Positions 9,377 to 20,198 of a stretch of DNA of 64,000 nt are shown here, one piece after another. Below the pieces are notes generated by a model. It worked only from the letters and a program-made list of their open reading frames with translations. It did not search any database and was not told where the DNA came from. How positions within the stretch are numbered: position 1 is the first letter of the stretch; every line of letters begins with the position of its first letter. Source of the DNA: a virus; the IMG/VR virus record IMGVR_UViG_3300030380_006185, positions 32,001 to 96,000 of that record; one strand, written 5' to 3'. A program made the translations under genes and the position numbers.

Positions 9377-12300
9377 TTACATAACATCATTAGGGTCAGG
9401 GACAGGGAGTGGAAATTCTGTTTTAGTATAATACATTGATACATATCCATTTGTAGGGTGATTATTATCACTCATCCATTCACCAAATAAATAATTTTCA
9501 CCTGAAACACTTCCACTGTAAACTCTTACGCCATTATATTCTATTGCTCTTGGGTTAATTTTTTTATAAGGATCACATCCAGCATTAAAGTTTTGAGTTG
9601 AAACAACTATATGTGAGCCACTTAATTCTCCATTATAAAATTCTTCTTGTGAATCATGAAATGTTGTAACTGAGCCTGATATAGTTTCAACTGTTTCGTA
9701 CCAACTTTGAGAAGTATTAGTTACAGTATTAAATTCATTAAATACACCTGCGGCACCACCTGAAATTGCAACCATATCAATTGATGCAGTATAGATTTCA
9801 TTTTCAAAAGATAATTGTGGTTGTGGGTATTTATTTCTTTCTAATAAATGTTGTTTTACAACTACACCAGAGGCAAGGCTTGTACGTGCAGGTACAAAAT
9901 CTTTAATCATTTTAAATAAAGAATTATCAAAAAACTTTATTAAACGTATAAAATCTTTTAAATTGTAATTCTTTGTATATTTTTCAAAATAATCATTTCT
10001 TAAATTATCTAAATCAGGGTATGAAGTAGCTGATGAGGATCTTAATCTTGGGTCACCAATATAATCACCCATATTAAAATACCCAATTTGGTCCATTATA
10101 TCTTCATTTATCTCATTTGTAGGAGAAAATGCTACCTCTAAATAATTTATACCAGGAGTATAACTTTGAGATACATTTGCCATTTGGGATAATGACATAA
10201 ATGGTGATAAAGTATTACCTTCAGGTATTACATTATTTTCAATTCTAATTTTATCTTTAATTATATTTCTTAAACCAGCTACAGGTTGATCTGCAAAAAA
10301 TGTTTCTACATTAGGTACAAATGTTGGTGTTGTATTAAAATAAAAATTACTATCACTTCCATCAGTAAAAGATTGAGTTATAGCCCATGAACCTGTTATT
10401 TTTGGGTGTATTGAAACTGATCCTGTGTAAAGTTCTCCCCCTAAAGATGCTCTAAAAATCAATTCATCAGGTGAACTATTTATTGTATTACCCTCAATTG
10501 AGTGAGGATTCATTACATAGTCTTTAAATACACTCTCACTAATAGGAACAGTATAATATCTAATTTCTTGTAAAGATCCTGAAAATGGGGTGTAGGAATT
10601 TCCATTTATAGTACTACTAGAAGCAAAAATAGAAGGAACTACATTAAGATCCCAATCTGAACCATCAACCTGGGTTGTAAATGATTCAATAAAACCAATT
10701 TGGGTTCCATTATTTCCCTCTTTATATGTTTTATTAGCAGCAATCAACTTAAATTCATCAGTACTTCCTACAGTTCTATTAATCATTACAGACCACCAAT
10801 CTCCATCAAAAAATGGTAAATATACACTACAAGAAACTGTGGGGTTACTTGTATATGAAGGATAAAAATCTAAATAAGCATATTGGTAATAAGGGTCTAT
10901 AATTGACCCAGAATAAGAAGCACTTGTATAAGCAGATCCTGTGTATCTTAAAACTAAATGAGAGTTGTTATTTTTATTCCATAAACTTTGAGAATAAGGA
11001 ATATTGGATGTAGGTAAACCATTAGTTTTAAATCTAAATACTACAGTGTCAGGTACATCAGATGCACTATTCCAAGGTGAAGAAGCATCCCATGAAGAAG
11101 TAATAAAATTATCTCCATCAGTTTTAAAAGCATAATTAAATTCTCTTTGCCAATGATCCCAATCATTTACATTAATCTTATCTTTGCCTCCATATTCGTT
11201 TATTCTTAATATTGTATCAGGAATACCATAAGAAGTTATAAGAGCGCGCAAACCAGGTATAGTACCTTTTGCTTTTAATAAGTATGGTATGTTATGATAA
11301 ATTCGTTTATATAACGACTTATTTACATCATCTAATGGTATAATATCATTAGAAGCAGATATTAAAGTATTAACATACTCAAACCCAGTTGGGGTAGGTA
11401 ATGATCCTGTTATGTTTGGGAATGGGAATAATCCTCCATCAGGTGTTAATCCTAAAAATGCTGTGTATAAATCATCATTTGAAAAGTTATTTTGGTATAA
11501 TTTAACCCCAAAATCTTTAATAGCATCAGAAACTATATCTTTTGATATACCTTGATTTAAACGGTTATCAGCATCATATTTTTGGGTTAATTCTTTATGA
11601 TAAATCCAAATATTATCATAGTGCTGGGCAACCATATCAACAAATAGTTCATATTGTGCATTATTTGGGTCATTTCTTAAATATTCAGGAATAGAAAATT
11701 TAAGATTATCTTTATTATCCCTATCAAATAATGAAGCTGAGAGTGTTAATCCACCATATATAGGGCTATCTTCATTTGAGCTCCCAAACCAACTAACAAC
11801 TTCGGGGCTGGATATTTTTGCTAATTCATATGGTTTAGTAGATGTAGTTTTAGGCCAAGCATATGAACTACTTTCATAATATAAATAATAATCATACCCA
11901 TCAAAATTTTTAATTATATTACTAATTTTGCTTTCATAAACAGCTTTACTTCCACTTGTATCAGCAGAGGAGGTTGTATTATCTAAGGTTGATATTGATG
12001 AAGAGTATGACTCTAATAAACTAACTTTGTAATAAAAATTTTCTAATCTAGTTTGAGCTGAACTAAAGTGAGTAAATTCTGGGAATTTGGTGTAATCTAT
12101 ATTTATATTAATTTCTTTTTTATCTAATAAATGATTTATTTGATTTAAAGAACTTGTTTGTTGGGTTAAAAGTAAAGAAGAATAAGAAAGTAAATCAGTT
12201 GAATTATTTACTTGGTCTTTTAAGTCTATATTAAAATTAGGTCCACCTATATTAACTGTATCTTTAATTATTATAGGATCATCTTCAAAAATTACTTGGT

Positions 12301-12946
12301 AAGCTCTTGGTTCTTCAACTGTGGTTACTATCCATAAAGTAGAATTAACATCTAAATCTTCTGGTAGTGGGGAATAGAGTTTAACTAAAATAGAAGGATT
12401 ATCAGGATTGCTATTTTCTAAATCTAGATTATTAGCTATATATAAATTATTAACTCCAAAATTTAAATAAAAATCTAAAAAATATTCACTATTTTCTCTT
12501 TCTTGTATAAATTGTAAAGACTGTTCAACTAAGTCTAAATTAGATAAACTATTACTACTTAATCTTAATTCCGTTCTGTCGGGAGATATTGAAGATATAT
12601 ATAATAATTGTAAGTTTGAGCCTATTTTTTTATTTAAAAAATTAAAATAAGTATTATATTCCCCAATACTTTCAAAATTCTTTTCTACAGCTTTACTTGG
12701 AAAAAGTTGAATAGTAGAAAGATCACCTGTAAGAGCAGATTGTCCATTATTTAAAACAGTATAATCTAAAAAATTATAATTTTCAAAAGATATATTATTA
12801 GAATTATCATATACAAAAAACTCTACATAACTTTGAGAAGTAAAAGAAGTTGGAATTTCATTAGATGATATTAAGTTTACTTCACTTTCTGAGTAGAGTT
12901 GTTGGGTAAAACTTAAAGGATCTATTTCAATTACTTGACTTGACAT
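9377..12946 (-). CDS. Baseplate wedge protein (gp7/P2 gpI-like region) with a lectin-like segment
   Basis: LLKAKGTIPGLRALITSYG motif typical of wedge subunits; FSGSLQEIRYY LamG-like strand; 1189 aa. Confidence 0.6.
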   Translation of the reverse strand: MSSQVIEIDPLSFTQQLYSESEVNLISSNEIPTSFTSQSYVEFFVYDNSNNISFENYNFLDYTVLNNGQSALTGDLSTIQLFPSKAVEKNFESIGEYNTYFNFLNKKIGSNLQLLYISSISPDRTELRLSSNSLSNLDLVEQSLQFIQERENSEYFLDFYLNFGVNNLYIANNLDLENSNPDNPSILVKLYSPLPEDLDVNSTLWIVTTVEEPRAYQVIFEDDPIIIKDTVNIGGPNFNIDLKDQVNNSTDLLSYSSLLLTQQTSSLNQINHLLDKKEININIDYTKFPEFTHFSSAQTRLENFYYKVSLLESYSSSISTLDNTTSSADTSGSKAVYESKISNIIKNFDGYDYYLYYESSSYAWPKTTSTKPYELAKISSPEVVSWFGSSNEDSPIYGGLTLSASLFDRDNKDNLKFSIPEYLRNDPNNAQYELFVDMVAQHYDNIWIYHKELTQKYDADNRLNQGISKDIVSDAIKDFGVKLYQNNFSNDDLYTAFLGLTPDGGLFPFPNITGSLPTPTGFEYVNTLISASNDIIPLDDVNKSLYKRIYHNIPYLLKAKGTIPGLRALITSYGIPDTILRINEYGGKDKINVNDWDHWQREFNYAFKTDGDNFITSSWDASSPWNSASDVPDTVVFRFKTNGLPTSNIPYSQSLWNKNNNSHLVLRYTGSAYTSASYSGSIIDPYYQYAYLDFYPSYTSNPTVSCSVYLPFFDGDWWSVMINRTVGSTDEFKLIAANKTYKEGNNGTQIGFIESFTTQVDGSDWDLNVVPSIFASSSTINGNSYTPFSGSLQEIRYYTVPISESVFKDYVMNPHSIEGNTINSSPDELIFRASLGGELYTGSVSIHPKITGSWAITQSFTDGSDSNFYFNTTPTFVPNVETFFADQPVAGLRNIIKDKIRIENNVIPEGNTLSPFMSLSQMANVSQSYTPGINYLEVAFSPTNEINEDIMDQIGYFNMGDYIGDPRLRSSSATSYPDLDNLRNDYFEKYTKNYNLKDFIRLIKFFDNSLFKMIKDFVPARTSLASGVVVKQHLLERNKYPQPQLSFENEIYTASIDMVAISGGAAGVFNEFNTVTNTSQSWYETVETISGSVTTFHDSQEEFYNGELSGSHIVVSTQNFNAGCDPYKKINPRAIEYNGVRVYSGSVSGENYLFGEWMSDNNHPTNGYVSMYYTKTEFPLPVPDPNDVM

Positions 12947-12962
12947 TTTTTATTTAAATATT

Positions 12963-13388
12963 TTAGTATTCACTTCCAGCTGAGTTTCTAGTATTTGTTA
13001 AGGAACTTAAATTTAATGAAGTGTTATTAGATAATTCATCTAGATTAATATTTGTTTGATTTTCGATTGAAGTTTTTTGAATATTTAATAATTCAGTTCG
13101 TAATTGAGCTATTTCATTTTGAAGAGCTTCTATGATTTCATTTTGTTCTTCAAAACCTATATATTCACTGCTTTTTTTAATTAAATACTCATGAGAATTT
13201 ATAGGTCCTAATTCATTTATACTATAAAATAACTCATCATATAGTTGAAAAAATTCTTCAACAGTAGGAACTTGTTCAAGTTGTTCTTGTATAGTTTTAA
13301 CCCCTAATTGTTTAAAAGAAGTATCAATAATTCTCTCATATTGTGCTTTATTAAATACTTGTTTATTAAATTCTACATTTTTACTCAT
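12963..13388 (-). CDS. Hypothetical structural-module protein with C-terminal coiled coil
   Basis: ORF track; EALQNEIAQLRTELL heptads. Confidence 0.5.
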   Translation of the reverse strand: MSKNVEFNKQVFNKAQYERIIDTSFKQLGVKTIQEQLEQVPTVEEFFQLYDELFYSINELGPINSHEYLIKKSSEYIGFEEQNEIIEALQNEIAQLRTELLNIQKTSIENQTNINLDELSNNTSLNLSSLTNTRNSAGSEY

Positions 13389-14509
13389 CCGTTAATAACT
13401 TTAAAATAATAATCATCATCAAGTATTAAAGTAGAACCACCAATTTCAGTTTTAATTAAAACTTTATAATATCTTTCAGGTTCTAAACCACTCATATAAA
13501 CATCAAAATAATTTCCTCTATTATCAGAAGAAATTTGGGTATATTTAGTATCGAAATTAATAACAAATTCGTTAGTAGCCAAGTCTTTTATTGCATAAAA
13601 TGAAGAAGAAGGTAAATAGTTTGTATTTGTAAATAAAGAACTTGTTTGATAAGTTCGAGTAGGATATAAAGGACTTACATTTATATAAAATCTATTTATA
13701 CTACTAGGAAAAAATTCACCTGGATTATCATCAAGAGATAATTTGATTTGTTTAGTTGACACAATGGAAGAGGAATCAGGGGTTATTGTAGTATAATCCC
13801 TCCATCTAAATTCTAATTGGGGAGGATAGATTGTATTTGTATCTACACTGTAGTATTTGAGGATAGGTTGATTATCCAAATTTGAATCAAATTCAGAACT
13901 TGAGCTTAATTTTGTTAAAAACCCATAATTAGGGATAGATCCACTATACCATAAATTCACAACATCTTTTACATTTAACTCTAAATCTTTTTCAGATCTT
14001 AATCCAAATGATTCTGTAATTTGGGGAATTAAAGTTGAAGATGTAAACCAAGAACCGCCACCTTGTGATGAAAGTGTTGAATCAAATGAACCTGTATATC
14101 CATATCCATTGATACTACCACTCATATTCCAAATACTTGATCCTGAGGTGTTTCTGTAAGACCAAGAGGCTCCATCTGTTACATTGGGTATATCTAAATA
14201 ATGCCCTGTTCCATTATTCCAAGATTGGGCTAAAGGAAAAATTTCTAATTCTACATCAGTATTAATACCTTGAGCTGTTGAGATATTGTTTTGTAAATAA
14301 ACATCAAATTCACTTCCTGAGATTTTATTATTAATAATATCTTGGATTTCGGTTGTATCAAATTCAATTAAATATCTTGATATAATAGGATTACCATCTA
14401 TATTTATAGTATTTGATGCTTCTAAAATAGCATCTAATCCTGTATTCATAGTAGGGTAATATGAATATAATGTAGTATCCTTAGTAGGGAATATTTTATA
14501 AACGGCCAT
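13385..14509 (-). CDS. Virion structural protein (DNRLRE/CBM96-like fold)
   Basis: KDTTLYS...NTG, SRYLIEFD, QSWNNGTG, NYGFL, PQLEFRW pattern. Confidence 0.45.
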   Translation of the reverse strand: MAVYKIFPTKDTTLYSYYPTMNTGLDAILEASNTINIDGNPIISRYLIEFDTTEIQDIINNKISGSEFDVYLQNNISTAQGINTDVELEIFPLAQSWNNGTGHYLDIPNVTDGASWSYRNTSGSSIWNMSGSINGYGYTGSFDSTLSSQGGGSWFTSSTLIPQITESFGLRSEKDLELNVKDVVNLWYSGSIPNYGFLTKLSSSSEFDSNLDNQPILKYYSVDTNTIYPPQLEFRWRDYTTITPDSSSIVSTKQIKLSLDDNPGEFFPSSINRFYINVSPLYPTRTYQTSSLFTNTNYLPSSSFYAIKDLATNEFVINFDTKYTQISSDNRGNYFDVYMSGLEPERYYKVLIKTEIGGSTLILDDDYYFKVING

Positions 14510-14536
14510 TTATAATATTTTATTATAAATATATAA

Positions 14537-16384
14537 TTACAAAGGAACTACTCTACCTTTAATATCTTCATTAGGGTATCTAACCTCAAATATACTAGGA
14601 TCTAAAGAAGGATATATGGTTTTGAATTGAGTAGCTGCATCTATATCATAAGCATATTGAGAATATCCTGTAGTAGTACCAGCTTTATTAAATATTTTTA
14701 AGTCTTTAACTGTTTGTACTCCTTCAATTTTATCTAGCAAAATAAATAAATCTTTTAAAAATATAGGTTGGTTTAATTGCCAATTATCTCTATTAAAATA
14801 TTGTTGAAGAGAAGAAATACATTTAGTTAAAACATTATTATTATTATAATTAGGTAATACTATAATTTCAAACTCAATACCTATGTTTATAATATAGGCA
14901 TCTTTAATTTCAATATTATCACCTATAATCCTGTATTGTGATAAATAAGTTCGTAAATTTTGTTTTAAAGTATTTCCTGCATAATCAAACTGTCCTTGGG
15001 AATTTTGGGTAAGAACATACAAACAAAGAGTTTCTATTGTAGAAATTTGTCTATCGGTGATTTTTGGTTTTTCAATATATGCTTTAGTTACTGAACCATA
15101 ATCAGATGGCATACTTAATGCTCTAATTAAATAATCTTCTGAAGTAACTGATCTTTTTTGGGAGGAAATTAATGATAAAGTATTTTGTCTAATTTCTTCT
15201 AATGTATCTCCTCCTTTACCTCCTGTGGCTGCTAATAAATTATTAACAGATACAGAATTAAATATGTATTCTGCTGTTGTAGAATTTAAGTTTTGTTTAT
15301 TAAAAAACACACCATTAGTATTGGATATATTTGTAATAGTATTAGCTTCAACATTTGAATTAACACCTCCTCCTTCTAAATATCTTACTGTTAAAGTAGT
15401 GTTAGCTGGGGCTATACCATAAGTTCCGGTGTATAAGAAGTTAGTAGGAGAATAAGCAGAAGTTAATTTATCTTGTTTAAATGGTAAACCTAAACCTACA
15501 TTATTAGGGTTAGGAACAATTTCTTCAGTTGTATCATTAGGAGAACCAACACCAAATTGGATTTGAATTTCATTTAAAGATTTAATTCTTGTAGAAAATC
15601 TCCTTTGAGTTTTTAATAATTTTAAGATATATGGAATATTATTTTCTTTATTAGGGTAATTAATGTTAGTATTAGAAACAGAATTAAAAACCATTTCTTG
15701 TCCTAAATGATCTACCTCATACCATAAATTCCCATCACTATCTTTTATATCTAAAATCTTTATAAAATTATTTGAATTAAAATTTACTGTTGTGAATGGT
15801 TCAGGAGTAGTAAAACTAAAAGAAACAGTTTTAACAGTTGAAGAAATAACATTTCTGTTTTTCTTTAAAAGATAATATTGGGGTTGGTTTCCTGAGATTT
15901 GGTAAACTGTTATTTCTGTAGGGTCTTGGGAGCTAGAGACTGAAAAGTCTATTTTGTCTCCTAAAATAAAATTAGTAGAAATTGATGATAGTTGTGTATT
16001 TTCGTTTATACTTAAAGCATAATCAAAATCAGGGACAATACTAGATCCTGAAGTTTTCGAAGGGATTTGTTGGTAAAAACTAACAACAACTTGAGATGCA
16101 GAAGAAAGTTTTGGTTTATAACCAAGCATATATGCTAATTCAAATATATTATTTGATTGTCTAGCATATTGTATGAAATTTTCTTGGATTTGATTATCTA
16201 GATAAAAACTTAAAACATCTCCTACATATGAAGCTTGTTCCATAAACATCATCCCTAAAGAAACAGGTGTAAAATCATTAAAAGTTTGAGGAAAATATGT
16301 TTTAGAATAATCTATTAACCTAGACCTAAAACTATTAAAATCTCTATTAATATACTTTATATCTCGTTTTAATTCATTAGCCAT
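14537..16384 (-). CDS. Baseplate wedge subunit (T4 gp6-like)
   Basis: RDFNSFR..L, SYVGDVLSFYLD, LAYMLGYKP, GGKGGDTLEEIR, QKRSVTSEDY. Confidence 0.9.
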   Translation of the reverse strand: MANELKRDIKYINRDFNSFRSRLIDYSKTYFPQTFNDFTPVSLGMMFMEQASYVGDVLSFYLDNQIQENFIQYARQSNNIFELAYMLGYKPKLSSASQVVVSFYQQIPSKTSGSSIVPDFDYALSINENTQLSSISTNFILGDKIDFSVSSSQDPTEITVYQISGNQPQYYLLKKNRNVISSTVKTVSFSFTTPEPFTTVNFNSNNFIKILDIKDSDGNLWYEVDHLGQEMVFNSVSNTNINYPNKENNIPYILKLLKTQRRFSTRIKSLNEIQIQFGVGSPNDTTEEIVPNPNNVGLGLPFKQDKLTSAYSPTNFLYTGTYGIAPANTTLTVRYLEGGGVNSNVEANTITNISNTNGVFFNKQNLNSTTAEYIFNSVSVNNLLAATGGKGGDTLEEIRQNTLSLISSQKRSVTSEDYLIRALSMPSDYGSVTKAYIEKPKITDRQISTIETLCLYVLTQNSQGQFDYAGNTLKQNLRTYLSQYRIIGDNIEIKDAYIINIGIEFEIIVLPNYNNNNVLTKCISSLQQYFNRDNWQLNQPIFLKDLFILLDKIEGVQTVKDLKIFNKAGTTTGYSQYAYDIDAATQFKTIYPSLDPSIFEVRYPNEDIKGRVVPL

Positions 16385-16385
16385 T

Positions 16386-16790
16386 TTATAAATCTATTAT
16401 TATTTCATCAGAAATATTAGTACTAGGTACTGAGTACTTTATATTAATTGTTATTCTATTTTCTTCTGAATTTCCTGTTAATACAACATCATTAATATTT
16501 AAATTTGGGAAATTTGAATTTAATTTGTTATTAATATCTTCTCTTAAAAAATCTAAACTTTCACTATTAATTTGTTCAAAAATAAATTCTCTTAATCCAC
16601 CCCCAAATCCAGGATTAAGATATCTTTCTCCAGGATTTGTAAGAAAATAATTAATTAAACTACTTTTAATAGCATCTTTAGTTTGAAAATTTGGTTTAAA
16701 TACAGCATTACCATTTAAAGGAAGATTAATCCCTACAGCAATACTGTTATCTAAGTCTAAAGGATTTATTTGTCTAGCACCAAATGCCAT
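16386..16790 (-). CDS. Baseplate wedge / sheath initiator (gp25-like)
   Basis: LTNPGERYLNPGFGGGL motif; next to the gp6-like gene. Confidence 0.9.
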   Translation of the reverse strand: MAFGARQINPLDLDNSIAVGINLPLNGNAVFKPNFQTKDAIKSSLINYFLTNPGERYLNPGFGGGLREFIFEQINSESLDFLREDINNKLNSNFPNLNINDVVLTGNSEENRITINIKYSVPSTNISDEIIIDL

Positions 16791-17137
16791 TATTTAGTAT
16801 TTAAAAGTCCCATTATTGTGTCCATTCCAACTTCACCATTACCTAAATTTCCATTTACAGGATCTACTCCTTGTGGGTTAAAAGAAGAAACATCTCTACT
16901 AGTCATACTTATAGCAGTTTCACCTACTATATCAGCGTATTTTTGCTTAATATCCATAGTAGGTTCTGTATAAGTTGGTTTTGGTGATGGTGGTGGAGTT
17001 GTATTAGGTTGTATAGACTCTCTTACAATTTGTGTTTTAGGAGTTTTAACAGCTTCTAATAAAATATCCTTCAATTCATCTTGAATTGCTTCTTTTACTG
17101 CTTCTTTAATTAATTTTTTAAGTACTTCGGTTTTCAT
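16790..17137 (-). CDS. Hypothetical late protein
   Basis: LKKLIKEAVKEAI N-terminus; ATATTTAT motif upstream. Confidence 0.5.
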   Translation of the reverse strand: MKTEVLKKLIKEAVKEAIQDELKDILLEAVKTPKTQIVRESIQPNTTPPPSPKPTYTEPTMDIKQKYADIVGETAISMTSRDVSSFNPQGVDPVNGNLGNGEVGMDTIMGLLNTK

Positions 17138-17157
17138 ATGTGTTTATAAATATAGGG

Positions 17158-18492
17158 TTAATCTGCTTTTAAATTATTTTGTTGTATATAAAATACTAAT
17201 TCATCAATAAGTATTTGATCAATTGAACTAAAAGAATATTCTCCTTTCAACATTGTTACTCCTTGTTTATTTTGAGCTATAGCTCTTCTACGTTTTAATG
17301 TATTAGTTGTTTTTTCAGTTTCCACACCCATTTTAAATCCATTTACATTTGTTACTACAGGAGATAACTGTTGGGATTGTTCTTGAGTGAAATCTATTAA
17401 TTCTGAAGATATTTGGTTTTGTTGGGTCCCATCTAAAGAAGAACAATATTCTGTTACTAGATCTAAAAGTTTTAATATATTTAAAACTTGTAATAACACA
17501 TTTCTTAATAAAACTAAAATAGATAATAATATAGAATTAGCAAAAGAAAGTTTAGGAATTAGTTCTTCCAAAAATCCTATAGCATTTCTAACAGAATTAA
17601 CAAGAGTAGCACTAGCAATAGGAACATTTTTTAAAATTGGAAGTAATATTTCAATTGGGGTTAAAATTGCTTGAGTTATAGACAATATTTCTGTTGTTCT
17701 ATTAATAGTTTTAAAAACATCATTAATTTGTTTTACAAGTTTATTTTTTGTTTCTATAATCTTAGATAAATCTTCTTGAGGGGGGCAAGTTATAAGTTGC
17801 TTTAATTCATCAGTAATCCCATCTTTATTTTCTTCTATTAATTGTTTTACTTTAGAAACACCATATTGTGCTAATAATCCAAGTAATAAAGGAATAACTA
17901 ATTTTTTTAAATTATCTATAGATACATTTAATTCTTTTTCTATATGGAATTCTATTGTTACATCCTTTTCTACATATTCTTTAGTTTCTCTATCTTCAAA
18001 TTTAAAAAATTCTCTTATATCTTCAAGTAAAGATATATCAGTTGAATCTAATTTAATAATTCCTAAATCTTTTTTAACATCTGTTGTTGATGTATATGGA
18101 ATGATTGTTAAAGGAGAATATTTTCTTTTAATAATGTTAACTGGGAATTTGGTTGGGTTAAATGGGGTATTTAATATTGAAGGAACTTTTATTTCAAATT
18201 CTCCTTTTTCATTTGTTCTTTTAGGTATTTTTAAAACATTTAAAACAGTTACTCCTTTTATAGGTGTAAGAGTTTCAGAATCTACTATTGTACCTTTTAT
18301 AGGAACAAATTCAATAGTTTTAGGGGAAGTATCTTCTGAAGAGGTTGTTTCAGTTTCAGTTTCATTACTACCAGTTTCTAAAGATGAAAGTATAAGATCA
18401 GAATAAGGGACATTTAAAATCTCTAAAATCTTAGATAAATCAATTGAAGCTGTTACTTCTATTGATGATGTTATTTGATATTCTTCAGACAT
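17158..18492 (-). CDS. Hypothetical baseplate-region protein (beta-sandwich plus long hydrophobic helical region)
   Basis: IKGTIVDSETLTPIKGVTV...TNEKGEFEI carboxypeptidase-regulatory-like pattern. Confidence 0.5.
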   Translation of the reverse strand: MSEEYQITSSIEVTASIDLSKILEILNVPYSDLILSSLETGSNETETETTSSEDTSPKTIEFVPIKGTIVDSETLTPIKGVTVLNVLKIPKRTNEKGEFEIKVPSILNTPFNPTKFPVNIIKRKYSPLTIIPYTSTTDVKKDLGIIKLDSTDISLLEDIREFFKFEDRETKEYVEKDVTIEFHIEKELNVSIDNLKKLVIPLLLGLLAQYGVSKVKQLIEENKDGITDELKQLITCPPQEDLSKIIETKNKLVKQINDVFKTINRTTEILSITQAILTPIEILLPILKNVPIASATLVNSVRNAIGFLEELIPKLSFANSILLSILVLLRNVLLQVLNILKLLDLVTEYCSSLDGTQQNQISSELIDFTQEQSQQLSPVVTNVNGFKMGVETEKTTNTLKRRRAIAQNKQGVTMLKGEYSFSSIDQILIDELVFYIQQNNLKAD

Positions 18493-19826
18493 TATTTAAC
18501 TTTAGAAGTATATGATTTTAAACTATCAGGTTTACTTTCGTCTAAATTTAATTGTTTTAATAAATCTTGTAATGTAGTTTTAGCATTTGTAGCAATTGTA
18601 TTATTAGAAGTAACCAATGCTCCTTGTGGCCAATTTTTTTCAACTTCTAATATTTGGGCTAATTTTTCTACAGATTCAACTAAACTTTTAAGTAAACTAA
18701 CAGTAATATTACCTTTTAAAATTGGTTCTTTTGCATCATTACTACCTAATCTAATTTTATTTGAGCCAATATAAAAAGCAGGAGATGTTATCCCAACTCC
18801 TCCTTTTTGTTCTCCTGTTTCAGAATCTATTTCTCCTTCTATTGAAATAGATAATTGTTTTTTAGCACTTAATAATATGCTATTTTCTTGAGCATTAATT
18901 ACTATTCTATCTGAATTTATAGCTATTTGGGGTTTTGAATATAAACTTGGAGGTATAGGTTGAAAAGAACTAGGGAAAGCACTATAGTTTTCATTTCCAG
19001 CAACTTTAAAGCCTTTAAGTTGTTGTGTAGAAGTTAAATAAATTGAAGATAAATCATTTCTAATATCCTCAACAATAGGTTCAATACCAACAGTATTTAA
19101 TACTTTACTTTGTCCATTTCTAATTATCATTATAGGATCACCATTATTTCCTATTGATGAATAATTATTTTGAATGCGACTTTTTGATTTAGTTGTTGAG
19201 CCAAATCTTATACTTTGCCCCCATCTTCCTTCATATAAAATATCTCCACTATAATACATTAAAGACTTAATATTATCTTTTTCTATAAAAGTGTTTTGAG
19301 AAGGGTTTGACGAATTAATTACATTTTTTAATTCTTCTGATTCTTTTTCATCTTTTATATTAAAAACTCCCAGTTCAGAAACATCCTCATATGACATTTG
19401 TTGAGAAGAAGGTTGGGTATTTACTGTTGGAGATGGTGATTGATTTGAATGGGGGGATAATACTCCATAATCACTTATTGGGGTAGATTCATATACCCAA
19501 ACAGGGGTTGGAGAATTAGGAGCAGAATTAGAAAAACATTTTACATTTTCTCCAGGAATTGGAAAATTTTTACTATTTGGGTTTGAAGGTTTTGCTATAT
19601 AGGTTCTAGGGGTAGCAGAATTTTGTAATGTTTTTTCGACCCCAAATATAGTACCTATCTGTGAGAAACCTAAGTTAGGGTTAAATTTAGGATGGTTTTC
19701 ATCTAAAATAATGTCTTTTACTTTTAATATTAGATTAGTTTTAGGTGAAGAAAAACCCCCGGTATTCCCCATACTTCCACCTAAGGAATTATTAACCATA
19801 TTACCTAATCCAAATTTATGTGACAT
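18492..19826 (-). CDS. Baseplate hub/central spike (gp5-like)
   Basis: FPIPGENV OB-fold, GDILYEGRWGQSIRFGS, INSDRIVINA, EPILKG motifs. Confidence 0.65.
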   Translation of the reverse strand: MSHKFGLGNMVNNSLGGSMGNTGGFSSPKTNLILKVKDIILDENHPKFNPNLGFSQIGTIFGVEKTLQNSATPRTYIAKPSNPNSKNFPIPGENVKCFSNSAPNSPTPVWVYESTPISDYGVLSPHSNQSPSPTVNTQPSSQQMSYEDVSELGVFNIKDEKESEELKNVINSSNPSQNTFIEKDNIKSLMYYSGDILYEGRWGQSIRFGSTTKSKSRIQNNYSSIGNNGDPIMIIRNGQSKVLNTVGIEPIVEDIRNDLSSIYLTSTQQLKGFKVAGNENYSAFPSSFQPIPPSLYSKPQIAINSDRIVINAQENSILLSAKKQLSISIEGEIDSETGEQKGGVGITSPAFYIGSNKIRLGSNDAKEPILKGNITVSLLKSLVESVEKLAQILEVEKNWPQGALVTSNNTIATNAKTTLQDLLKQLNLDESKPDSLKSYTSKVK

Positions 19827-20164
19827 TATTTTTTAGGTTTAAATTTTTCTATTTCTTTAAAAAGTTGAGCTTTTTCTTCTTCGGTCATACCAAAACCTTC
19901 TTCTTCGGATTTATTAGAAGCAAGAGTACGTTGAACAATAGTAGCCATTTTAACTAATTGCTCATCATTTTTAATTCCAAGTTCCATATATTCTTTAATA
20001 AGAGGTACTACTAAAGTAGCATCTCCTAAATCATTAATTAAAGGTTTTAATTCTCCTATTAAAGCTGAAATTTGTGTTTCTTTTCTTTTTTGGTTGTCAT
20101 AAATTTCTTTTAGAATATCAGAAAATTTTTTCTTCCCAAAAACATTTGATTCTAGGTTTCCCAT
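19826..20164 (-). CDS. Hypothetical helical protein
   Basis: ORF track; late-type motif upstream. Confidence 0.5.
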   Translation of the reverse strand: MGNLESNVFGKKKFSDILKEIYDNQKRKETQISALIGELKPLINDLGDATLVVPLIKEYMELGIKNDEQLVKMATIVQRTLASNKSEEEGFGMTEEEKAQLFKEIEKFKPKK

Positions 20165-20198
20165 GTCATTTATTTATAAATATGAAACTATAAAAGAA

